Positions 25,577-37,717 of a DNA stretch of 64,000 bases are shown piece after piece. Source of the DNA: Trichoplax adhaerens (lineage: Eukaryota; Animalia; Placozoa); contig NW_002060945.1 in NCBI RefSeq assembly GCF_000150275.1, positions 7,243,087 to 7,307,086 on the forward strand. Reading direction: 5' to 3'. The first letter of the stretch is position 1; every line of letters begins with the position of its first letter. The notes beneath the pieces are model-generated. The model ran no database searches. It was not told the origin of the DNA and worked only from the letters and a program-made list of their open reading frames with translations. The position numbers and the translations under genes were made by a program.

Positions 25577-28500
25577 ATGGAAAAATCGACTAGTACCAAT
25601 ACAAGTCCTATTCCTTCCGATATGATGACATGGGTAGCCATGGGTATAGCGTTATGTATTGGCTATTTAATTAAGCAATTGGTAGAGATGTTGACATCAC
25701 CGTTGTACGAGGTAAGTCCTGCTAACATCGACAGAGTTTATCTCCAAGTATCACTTAGATAAGGATGTTGTTACCTGTTATTACATATTGTTTAGACTGA
25801 TAGAAAGCGAAATATTATCGCGGTCTTTTGAATCGATTTTTAATTGACTAACTGTGAGTGTAAGCCTTTAACTTCGCCAATACCTGTCTTGCTAATCTTA
25901 TTCTGTTATCTCAGATTCCTGGCCCACCAACTTGGTCTCCGTTCGGTCAAGTCTCTACAATTATGAAAGAACCACCTGGCGATTCATACATCAAGTACGT
26001 AAACGCTCTTAGTCATTTCATTCATAGTAATCTAAATATTCGATCCTATTATATCTACTGTATTGTATAGACATAAGATATCTTATTGGATTAATTCCTT
26101 ATTTAAAAAAAATAATAATATAAACGTTCTGTACTGTACTGTACATTAGATCCTGCCAGTTTATGAAAAGTTCTTAGAATACTTAGTACGACAGTTTCAA
26201 CGAAGTATTCTAACAATTCTTCATAAACTGGCGTGGTCTAAGTGTACTTGGATCAATTTCATGATGAAAAATGATAGTGTAATACAATTGAATTAATCAA
26301 GTTCATCAATCTAATGTTTGGTATGAAGTGGGAAGTTGTAGACATTGATAGTGAATTATTAGTTATAGTATACGTCTGATCGAAGTGGATATTATATTAC
26401 AGAGCACATAAATTTATGCTAGCAATACTAGTTATGTGCAGCACTAGACGTTAACTGTCTTCATTTTTAATTTGTTGATAATTTCTTATGTGGACGTGTT
26501 CCAAAATCCTAACTTAAATAAATTCTTTATCTGATCATTAATAGGTGGAGTGAACAGTACGGTGGTATATTGCGTTATGTTTTTCCTATTTATCATCAAA
26601 AAGTCGCTTTGATTGACCCCGATTATATAAAGCATGTTTTAGTTACAAATTGCACTAAATACAAGAAACCTGAGGAAGGGAAAAAGTAAGTCAGTATTGC
26701 GTTGATTGTCGTATTATCATACCTGTAGAGACGAATATTTTGACATGTGGTAATAATGCTATCACTCCCAACAAAATGATATCCTCAGTAATTTCTTTCT
26801 ATAATATAGGTTCTTACTGCCTGCTATTGGCGAAGGGCTAGTTTTACTAGAAGGCCAAAAACATGCTAAAGCTCGTAAAATTATAAATCCAGCCTTTAAA
26901 CACAGCAAAATTAAGGGTTAGTGACTTTTCTAGCAAAGAGCCCAATAAGTACTACATTCTCATTATTTTGACAAGGTCTTATTATTTTTCTGAATAATTT
27001 TAATGACACTCTTATAAAAGAACTCACTTTCATAAAATATAGAAAGCGTAAAAATTATTATTGATAGCCGCCGATTTAATCATGGCTCCTTTTATCAGTA
27101 ATTATATATCATGATCAGCCAAAAAAATGCATAATAAACTATTTATTTTATCATACTAGAGCTAGTGCCCATATTTCATAGATTTGCACAAGCACTGGTT
27201 GAGTATTGGCAAAGCAGAATTGATAATTGTGGTGGTCAAGAAGCTATACTAGAAGTGCATGAGGATTTAAGCCGGGTCACATTGGATATAATATGCAAGA
27301 GCGCTTTTGATTATGAGTGCAATGCATTAGAAGATCCGACTAATGAAGCTTCGGTTGCCTTTGCTAAAGTCTTGGGAGGTCTTGATTTTGAGTAAGCTCT
27401 TCTAATATAAAGACATAAGAGTGATACATGCTAACGCAGCCTTAATAGGAAGAAAGGGTAGCTGCATATGACATAATCTCAAATAATGAAAAGAAAAACA
27501 AAGATTAAACGTATACTGTATATACCAAACTTATTTGAGTATCTATTAATAGTAGTTATATTGGATTAAATTGCTGTTGTATTAAAGCGGTTTTACTTAT
27601 AAATGTTCTAATATTAATCTTACAGTTGGACATTCTTCATTCCATTTTATAATTACCTACCTACGCCTGGCAATTTGAAAACAAAGCGTGTTCTCTCCCT
27701 TTGTCATAACACAATCAATAGAGTCATTAAAGAAAGATTAGAAAAAGAAACTCTCGGTAGGACTGTAGCGAGCTACTCTAAAATTTCAAAAATTATCGAT
27801 TTTTTTAGAAATATTGTGTACTTTTTTAACTCCGATAGATGAGGAGAAGTGTCTGCTCGATATTTTGTTATCCCTAAGAGATGAAGACAATAATACAGGC
27901 TTTACGGAAACAGAATTAAAAGATCATATAATGACATTTATGGCCGCCGGTCATGAGGTTCGTACAAGTACATATTACGTGATTAATGTGCTTTGTAGCT
28001 AGTAAAATTATACGAACATTCATCTTTCGACTGTTTACGAATTACCTAATAAATTTATCATTCTCTAGACCACAAGTGTAGCTATAGCTTGGACTTTATA
28101 TGCATTAGCCGGCAAACCTGAGATTCAGAATAAAGCTCGCCAGGAAATTTATAAAGCTCTACATCAGTGTGATAACATTACATGGGACATTTTAGATGGA
28201 TTGACATATTTGGACAGTGTTGTAAAGGAATCCCTTAGGTAATAAAGCTATTACTGCCTAAGCGCATTAATAGTAATACTCATTATGGGTTTCTAATGAA
28301 TTTTTCATATTATAAGTAGTAGTGCTAAGTTTAATATGTATTACGTGGCAGCTGAAGTAATATATAAGTTACCGTAGTCCATTTTATGTTATTTTTCATC
28401 ATTTATCCAAAGGCTATATTCTCCTGTGCCAGTAACTTTTCGAGAAGCGTTAGCGGATGATATGATTGGAGATTATTTTATACCGAAAGGAACTGCTGTT

Positions 28501-29036
28501 ACACTTTTACCGCCCCATCGGTAATTATAAATTACAACAGTAGCTAGTGTAGATCATGGTTATAGCTTTGTTGGGAACGATTTTCTAATCTAGAGAACAT
28601 GTACTATTGTAATTACTTTTAATATATTATAAGTACGTTTTTAAATTATTGATAAGAGTATGAATGGAAAGTGCTGTTTATTATGATTTAAACCTGAACA
28701 TTTTATAGCAATATCAAATTAAAGTATTTCTTTACTATTAACCACAATTATAGATTCTCGAAATATTTTCAAGATCCTTTAAAATTTGATCCAGATAGAT
28801 GGAATACTACCGCTAAAGATATCAAGCCTTATACATTTATGCCATTTCTCGCAGGGCCACGAATTTGTATAGGCGCTAAATTTGCTATAACCGAAATAAA
28901 ATGTATCTTATCTTTGTTGTTAAGTAACTTTTCTTTCCGTCTAGTACCAGATCTAGAAATTACAAGAAGGCTTTATCTCACTATGAGGCCTTTGCCCTCT
29001 TTAAAGCTTATTGTTTCACCTATATCGTCTTCATAA
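25577..29036 (+). CDS. Microsomal cytochrome P450, 10 exons
   Basis: N-terminal TM then IPGPP hinge; RKIINPAF; I-helix FMAAGHETTS; K-helix KESLR; FDPDRW; heme motif PFLAGPRICIG. All intron phases are consistent. Confidence 0.95.
26141..26247 (+). repeat. Long imperfect inverted repeat (hairpin) in P450 intron 2
   Basis: Left arm GTACATTAGATCCTGCCAGTTTATGAAAAGTTCTTAGAATACTT pairs with right arm AAGTATTCTAACAATTCTTCATAAACTGGCGTGGTCTAAGTGTAC; 18-nt loop. Confidence 0.9.
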
Positions 29037-30607
29037 TGATTACTGACGGCAAGAGCAGATGTAAAGCTGATTTTAAACCTGTTTAATATTATTGGGCTTG
29101 TTATTTATACTTTTAGTCCCCATTAAAATGAAAATGTTGTCTTGGTTACTAACGTGGCTCATATTTTCATATTCATGTACTGATTACAGAGATTGCTTTT
29201 TTATTATATACAAAATATCGAAATTATTATACGCTTGGAATAAAAACTGTTTTGGCTGCAATTACGTAGCTGTTTGGCTTTCCAATGTTGAGTCTCATTT
29301 TAAAATTGGATTTTCGTAAGAAAGGTTTCAGAAACCATATCATCATATAACATTAAGAAATTCATATTACTATAGCTTATAAAGTACTGTCATACGCTAA
29401 ATTATAGCTGTATCATCCATAGATATGGGCCTAATTTACTAGCTATAATGGATATGAGTTACCGGTTCAATTCTAATTATCTGTTATTTTCCTGTGGTCT
29501 AGAGATAGTGAGTATGATGTTCATACTCATGCAAGCGTAATATAAATTTGTAGTAAAATATCTCCTTAGCCAATTTTACAAATAAAGGTGATCCAAGAAG
29601 ATTGCAAGTGATTTATCAGAGCAATTAATACGACAATTGATTCAGTAAAGGGTTTAATTCTCGTATTTAAAAAGTCTTCAGTTTTACTTGACGTGTATAA
29701 AAAAGCAGACCTTTATTATTTTAGTGAGATAAAGATGTAGTACTTCGACCAAAAACTTTCTACTTGAAAACAATTTTTCATGATCTGAAATTGATGAAGT
29801 CATAGACGATCTAAGATATGAGATCGTTTCGATATTAATCAAGAATACATTTAATATAAGAAAATAAGTTGATTTCATTGATATGATCAATTGATACATT
29901 ATATGATTAGACTATATTATACATATATATATAATCACAATTATAACACGTGTGATCACATCATCTGGTGGAATACACGTTTAATCACCACACAATAGTA
30001 TATTCTGACTACTGCAACCTTATTAACCTGGTTGGGAAATACTGGTGATTCTGACTAACACTGCAGAATAAAGAGCAAATAATATTCAGACTTTTGATGA
30101 ATTGAAATAATAAAATGCATCATTAGGTAGAACAATACAGCTTACTATATAGATTTTACAAGTTACGCGGTAGCAGTCCTAGTTAGTGATAAGCTTTAAA
30201 ACCCTGTCTGCGTGTCCGCGCGTCTGTGTTGCATACCGTTAAGTATATTATTTCAAGTCATAATGTGACAGTTACTTTCTATAATCACCGTATAGCTAGT
30301 CTTTAAAATAAGTGCTTGAAGATATACGCTATTTTTTGTAGCTCTTATTTCCATTTTGAAGTATACAATTTGAAACTTTTCTACTAGCTATAGAGTACTA
30401 ACAAGCTCATAAATAACTAGTTCAAAGATTATAAAACTATTGATACAGCTAGTAAATTATCTTTCACAACTCATTATAGTCCTTCCAATTGATACTTCTG
30501 CATTTCTAAGAAGGGATTGATTCTCAAAACGTTGGTACAAGTACATTCAAAAGTAGAAGTAAACACCATCGTAAAGATTTTGACATCGAATAATTTTAAC
30601 TTCAATT

Positions 30608-32460
30608 ATGGCAACAACGTCTAGTCAAGGTATTTCCATCCTATTTATTTCTTCTTGCTTATTCTTATTAAATAATTTTGAAAAATTGCGTTATTAATGT
30701 GAAATATTCCTACGTTTACTTTTAGGGAAAACAAATATTAGCGTATCCACAATTTTTTTTGATTAAGAAGAGCTTTAGTTCGTACAATTTAATGCAATTT
30801 ATATATAATCGGACATACTGTATGTTCTAATCAGTAATCTTTCCAACATTTGTCAAATACGGTATCACTAACATGATCAATACGCGTGCACTGCTCACAA
30901 TGGTTAGTAAAGTCAGATTTATATGGATTTAAGCCACCTTAGTCGTCTTATTTGCGATTTCTGAAGAAATTGTAACTTTAACTGATATATGTACTGGAAA
31001 AACCATAAGTTCCAGTCAATGAACTTTTCAATATTCCTTTCAATTACGTTTTCACTAGCATCGTTAATTCGCGCATGCACCACCCGTAATAGATTATAAA
31101 ATCAGATAAATAAAATACTACTTAAATTGTTTTCATAATTTTCATATAGATAAAGTACTATTTCATAACTATAACTTACCGCTAATAACAGCAATGATCT
31201 ATCTTATAAAATTTCAGATCTAAAACTAACCCTTTAGCGGTATGTGTTTATATGAAACCATTCTAGTACGACGAAATCAACTTCTATACCGATATGCGGT
31301 CGTTGTTGTTATATCGTACAAGTCCAGTCTTAAATTTAGAGACAATTTAATGCTAAGAAGATCAATGTAATATATAAATTGCTGTTAGCTACTCATCCTT
31401 AATATTTTTCTCAGCTATCATCGCTACCACTGCAAATTCTATTGTACTTAAATTTATGGTATTTCGGTTTCTTTTGGATTGTAGAATTACTAATGTATAT
31501 CTACAAAGGTAGAAAAATTATTTCATTTTTGATTAATTATGAATGGACATACATATTTTACTAGCTGCTAGACAAGTTTTGCTTAATTATTACATGAGTA
31601 TAACTAATTACTTCATTGTCGATAGGCTCTGTATTGCCTTATCCAGCAGGAAATCTAACAGCAGAATTAATCTTACTTTTCTTAATGGCGGCAGTGGAAA
31701 GTACTCGAATTTTTCTCGGTATGCAAATGCACATTGGCACGTTGCTATCTTATCTCCATGATCAGTATCTAAGATACTTAAATAAACATTTCTTTTAGGA
31801 ATATCATGATATTAGTATGATATTAGTCATTAGCCAATATGATATGCATGACTATATTTTAATTGATTCTATTTAGCTAGAGTTACTTGAAATGTGTACA
31901 TTTACAATAATGGAAACATTCTAGATAATATTATTGATAATTTAGTAAATCATGCATCATTAATGGAACCCAATTTAGGTCAGAAAGGCAATCTTACCGA
32001 ACGAAAGATTAACTTACTAGTATCGATAGGCCTATCGATTCCTATTACGTTCTGTCTCCTATTCCTACTATTGTGGCAAACATATGTTTTACGTGCAGAG
32101 TTAATAACATGTGGTATTCAATTAGCATTTATCGCTATTGAAGCAGTCTTTAGCATCATAGCTGTGCTAACCTTTCAGAGGTACGTGTAGCATTTAATGC
32201 GATTGTAAGTACAGATAAGAAATTACTAAATTTTCATAGCAAATAACGTTAGAGATTTGCCACAGATTAAATACAACAATTGCCAGCTTTAATGATTTAG
32301 CATATCATATGGCAGTACGTTCATGATGACTTTGTGATCATTATTGCAATGTCTTCATGTATAATTGACATTCATTCTAATCTAAAAATTAATTAAATTA
32401 AAAGTTAAGCTATCTTGATTCTCTTACTATTTAAATTTTAGGTATGAATCTACTCTCTAG
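30608..32460 (+). CDS. TMEM216: Ciliary transition-zone protein TMEM216 (Transmemb_17 family), 6 exons
   Basis: LSSLPLQILLYLNLWY..VELLMYIYKG-SVLPYPAGNLTAE..ESTRIFLG-QKGNLTERK..LLWQTYVLRAE..LTFQRYESTL*. The paralogue TMEM80 cannot be excluded. Confidence 0.88.
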
Positions 32461-33764
32461 GTGGTAATCACTACATTTTTTTCAACTCTGAAAGAATAAT
32501 GATACAACTGCTTCATATTTAACGACAATTATTTTTGATAGTCCATTTTCAGAATAATATATGATATAGATTCTCGTAACGAGATTCGTGAGTAAGGTTG
32601 TTTTAATGTAACATAGGACTTACGTATAATTGCAAGGTTTAAGGCTTTAACATTATAGAAACAACTAAGGGAGAATTCTTTAAAATACGTATTGCGTCTT
32701 ATTAAGTGTGGTCTTGCCACTTTCGATGCTGCATTGTATACCATAATATGTGCCATTAGCTGAGATGATACTGTTTATTAATTTCTTTTAATATTTAACA
32801 TATATTGTAAATGCCTAAGGACTATGTATAAATATAACAATTATTATAACCTTACCGAGCATAATTGAATGGGAATACTTTGTATATAGCAGTACTACTG
32901 CATATAGATCGCCACGGCTCAAATGCGGAATGTGCATGTGATTTTAAAAAATAAGTTTAAATTATACCAATTGTTTACACAATCTGATTTATTTGGATGC
33001 GAATATGGACCGTGTATTCTAGTGATAATGAGTGTCACATTGTTAGTAATTTAGGTAATGCAATGCAATTCCCCTGTATTTGTTAGTATAATTAGTCTAT
33101 TTTCATTTCACTTATGGATGTAGATACCTTCTGAAGATAGTAACTTTGGCAATCTTTAACATGTGTCAGTATATAACTAGTGAAGCCCATTTATAAGGAC
33201 TTGCTAGGCAAAAATTGCAAGAAACTTCTTTACACAGTTGCAATATATTACAATAATAAAAAAATTCTAATCTGTCGATTTATATGAGTACATATTTAGT
33301 ACACGAAGCAAATTTTCATACAAACTTTGCGAATGATTACGATTTTTTTATTACTTTTGCGGTAACGTTATATTATAGTACAGCTTTTTCAACGATGTCG
33401 AGTTGAATTATCGGTAAGGCTTAATTCTTTTATGGTTTCAACAACCAAATTGCTTACTTTAAATATATCAATAGCCAATTTACTTTCATCATCACAATGA
33501 ATAATAAGTTAAGACATCAAGGTTATACATCTATTAAAAATTACTTATATCTTTTAAAAACTACGAACATTCTGAAATTTCTCTACGTATCTAATAACTA
33601 ATAACTTTAGGTGTATTAGAAGCATTTTCAACATACTGTTATAGTCAGTTACATAAAAAACACCTTAAAATATTAGCAACCAATACATATGCGTATGAAA
33701 TAAGCTGCTATAGTAACATCCCATAAGAGCAACTAGCCTATAAAAGACTGACGGTAGCCAAATC

Positions 33765-35441
33765 TTAATCTGTGAATCTCCTGCCTTCATTGGCACCAAA
33801 GAGAGTTGTTCTGATTTCCGGTAACATTTGACGATAAAGGGATTCAAGGCGGCTTTCCAATGTATTGGAAATTTTAATATTTCCAGACGGTGTGAGCAAT
33901 TCAACACCTCCAGAGCTAGAATATACGAATACAGTAAATTATGTCAATGACGGATATTAACCAAGGGTAAATAATTAATATATGCATTGACCAATTCATA
34001 CATTATCGTTAGGAACATAAAATTACAGCAAACGCAATGGAAATAGAAGAGATTTTACTTGGAGTAATATTCATGGATATCGAAATTAATGCTACTTGTT
34101 ATATTTACATTTCCGATCCAAGAAATTCTTTAATGTCAACATTGACAACAATGTCCCTTTTGGAAGCGTTCTTATAATCTTTAACTGCATCTCCGATGAC
34201 TTCCTATAATTTGAAAAGTTAAAATATTTAGTACATAGTCTTGACATCAAGAGTTTAGAAACTGCGATCGATTTGCTAGAAATGCATCGATGATCTTGGA
34301 AGGCTTGATCAAGCTAAGTCATCAACTTAACGCTATGAATAAGTCATACCTTAATCAGTTTCAAGTCGGCTTGACGACAACGAACTATGACTGTTTTCTC
34401 TAATAATTGAAATAGGCCCTGATAGTAGGAAAGATTGATTAACGTAGATATTTAGTTTACGATCAGTTCCATGTGGCAGTTTCAATAAATGAACAATTTA
34501 CCTGTGTAATTAAACCTTGTAGTAAACCCTTATATTTCTCTTGATCCTTAGTAGCTGCTCCAAGTTTGACTCTTGTATCCTCCATTATAGCCTTAAAATA
34601 GAAAAGTACGCTTTGAGGTTGATGAATCGATCTATCTCTGTTCCATTCAACATTGGTATTGATGTCTTTTCTACAGTCCAGTCCTGTTAATATCTGCAAT
34701 CCCACGATTGGATCGTTTCATGATAATCCATATAGGAAGTACATACCTTAATAAGGTTTTCCCTTTCTTTAAGAATGGCTAAACGCGACTGATTCAACAT
34801 ATTGGAGTGTTGTCTGTGATTGATAGAAATGTATGTTGAGTTACGCTATCAAAGTGATGTAGCAAGATATCACTGGCAGTTATTATTGCACGGTGTACGT
34901 CAATCACTGAAGGGAGGCATAATCCTACCGTACATACGAGTATACAGTACGAATAAGCATTTACGATATTATTTAATCGCCTCAAGTTACTGTCATCCGT
35001 TGAGAAAGATTATAATTACATTTTACGCTGAAGTTCAATCTGTTTCTCCTTCTTTTCATAAAAGCCTAAAATTTTTAACTTTTCCTGCTGTACCAATCTG
35101 CTTTTTTCAATGTTAAATTCTTCCTCGGCCTATCGCAAATAACAACATTTTATTGAAGGTGCTATTGCCAAAGATGGAAGAATTCATTTTTTTGTATTTA
35201 AGCCTGAATCTAGGATTTTATAATCACCTTAGCATCGATTTCATCCGCTTTTTCTTTGGCTTCTTGCTCGATGAAGGCCATCATATGGTGGATCTAGGGT
35301 GACGCCATATTGACATGAAAGTGGTTAGCTCAATATAAATGGCTTGAACAAAATTTCATTTATCCTCAACTGGATGCGGTACTACGCGAATCACTGTGGC
35401 AACATTACCTGCTTTTGGACTTCTGTATCTGATAAAGCCAT
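33765..35441 (-). CDS. ATP6V1E: V-type proton ATPase subunit E, 8 exons
   Basis: [50 protein letters not shown]...[38 protein letters not shown]. Confidence 0.97.
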
Positions 35442-35583
35442 TTTGATAGGATTTAGTTGGTTTACAGCTGGCAATCTGTTCTGAATAAAATCTTGATTAC
35501 TCCGCTATGGCGACTGCCGAGTTTGGAGGCAGTAGGAATCAGCTATGAATCAACGTCTCGGGTTTGGCGAAAGGAAACATCAA

Positions 35584-36010
35584 GCGCATGTCACGTGAAG
35601 ATAAATTGTATTTGGGCTAGAGTAGAGTACTTAGTGCCGTGGCTCAGTACTGTACGGTCATGAGTAAAACTTGGAATACTGTACTGTACATTGCGCATGT
35701 CACTTGAAGATCAATTGTATTTGGGGTACTGTACACTACAGTAGATACAGTAGAGTACCAAGTGCCGTGACATACTGTACTGTACAGTAGTACACAATAC
35801 TATACTGTACTGTACTGTACGGTTACGCGTAAAACTTGGAATACCGTACTGTACACTGCGCATGTCACGTGAAGTTCAATTGTATTTGGGGTACAGTGGA
35901 TACAGTAGAGTACTGAGTGCCGTGACACAGTACTGTACTGTACTGTACTGTACTGTACAGCCACTGTACTGTACTGTACTGTACAGCCACTGTACAGTAC
36001 TGTATACTGT
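35584..36010. promoter_or_regulatory. Triplicated promoter module with CLEAR/E-box sites interleaved with (TACTG)n
   Basis: GCGCATGTCAC(G/T)TGAAG.T.AATTGTATTTGGG...AGTAGAGTAC...GTGCCGTG at 35584, 35693 and 35858; TCACGTGA at 35591-35598 and 35865-35872. Confidence 0.75.
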
Positions 36011-36198
36011 ATGCCAAGGCTTCTGCGATACGCTAAGTAGGATTGTTCAGGACTACCAACCAGCTTGCAGTGCCAGTGGCTAGCAGAAGTGACGTCACTG
36101 ACACGTGCCCATACAGGATAATGTACTGTATGGTACTGTACAATGTACTGTAAATACCAGCACATGCCAGCGTCCGACGACTAATCCTTGCAGTAGGA

Positions 36199-36296
36199 CT
36201 AGTAGTAGAACAGTGTGCTACTGTAGATTGGACGAAAAAATTTGGCTAGTAGCAGAACAGTGTGCTACTGTACTGTAGATTGGACGAAAATTTGGC
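36199..36296. repeat. Short tandem duplication (about 46-51 bp, 2 copies)
   Basis: CTAGTAG(T/C)AGAACAGTGTGCTACTG(TACTG)TAGATTGGACGAAAA(AA)TTTGGC occurs twice; the copies differ by one TACTG unit, one substitution and A-run length. Confidence 0.85.
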
Positions 36297-37717
36297 CCGA
36301 TTCAAAATTCTGATGAAGTTACTACTATACAGCACTGTAAACTGAGTCTACAGTACAGTATGACTGTATCATACAGAACAAGCTACTCAGTAAATTCACT
36401 CCAACGCCCATGAAAGTCTCTCAGCCTGATAGAACTACAGTACAGTACTGTATCCAGCTGTCATGTGACAACAGCTGTCAGCAGCAACTTGTTCCACACC
36501 ATGATTGATCAATTCGTATCCACTGCTATTTCGGAATTACGCTCAGTCCCTACATAATCGAAAAAAATAATATACACCTTCCAATTGAATGGATAGATTG
36601 ATACTACAGCATACACTGAGCCAGTTGATTTACTTTATTTATACGTCTTTAGATAAAACTTTCATGACCAATAATACACGCTTGCATTGCATTGCATTGC
36701 TATACCTGCAGGAGGAGTCAATTTATGTTAGTAATGAATGTTTCTGTACCAAACGTGTATTATTTCCTACTTTCCTTGCAGTGATGCTATAAATTGTTTG
36801 AAATTCCTGACAGTAGATTACTATACAATAGGTGTGTCTCAATCTGCTCTACGGACTACCAGCAAGATGTCCTTATGATACTGCGGGTGTTCAACCCGGT
36901 AGATAAACAGGACACGCGTACTTACACGCGTATCATGATCAAATCATTTTACTATCTTGGCTATAAATTCTTACTAATACTTAAATAGTTCAATGGCGAT
37001 GGTTTGAACAAATGAATAGTGATCTTTATTAACCAAAAGTGACATGAAACAATTATACAAATACAGCCGGGTAATAGTATCGCATACGACGACAAATCGT
37101 TTCGATTTTTGGATGCTCGTTAGGTGTGCATCAACTTTATGTTTATTACAAAGGTACCAGTACATTATCACTCTATTGGCAATAAATCTACACTACAAAT
37201 ACATTGGTAGTAACAGATCATCCTAAAGTCATGTATAGTACAGTAAACAAATATTGATGGAACAAATACAATGTTGACTATAACAATAATATAAAAATAG
37301 AAATATAGTTGAACGCGCAAGTAATTGAACATTTTAGAATCACATTTCTGTAATTAATATGAACTCATAGAGAAAAATATCAAGGCCAACTGCAATTTCC
37401 AACTCGAATACATTATCATCCTATTTGACCTACCAGGATTTTCCTATACTAGAATTGAACAGATATTGGTGTGCAGATATAGAATAACAAAGGCAAAATA
37501 TGCTATAAAAATATAAGCAGATGCGATCAAGTGACGAAGCGATATAACGTACAAGGCACATAAGTACTGCATATAACACACCAGTACACTAGTCGATCTT
37601 GCTATACAGCCATATTGTAGTTTACAATTTTTTCGACATAATACAGTATCATTCCTTAACTTAGGATAAGGAAAAAATATTAATATCAAAATTAAATACG
37701 TTTACCGATCAAATAAT

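Noticed and set aside
35800-36165. ORFs rich in YSTVQ/CTVLY (also 8906-9240, 10691-10882, 45668-46327)
   Set aside because: These are translations of ACAGT pentamer runs in promoter regions, not credible proteins.
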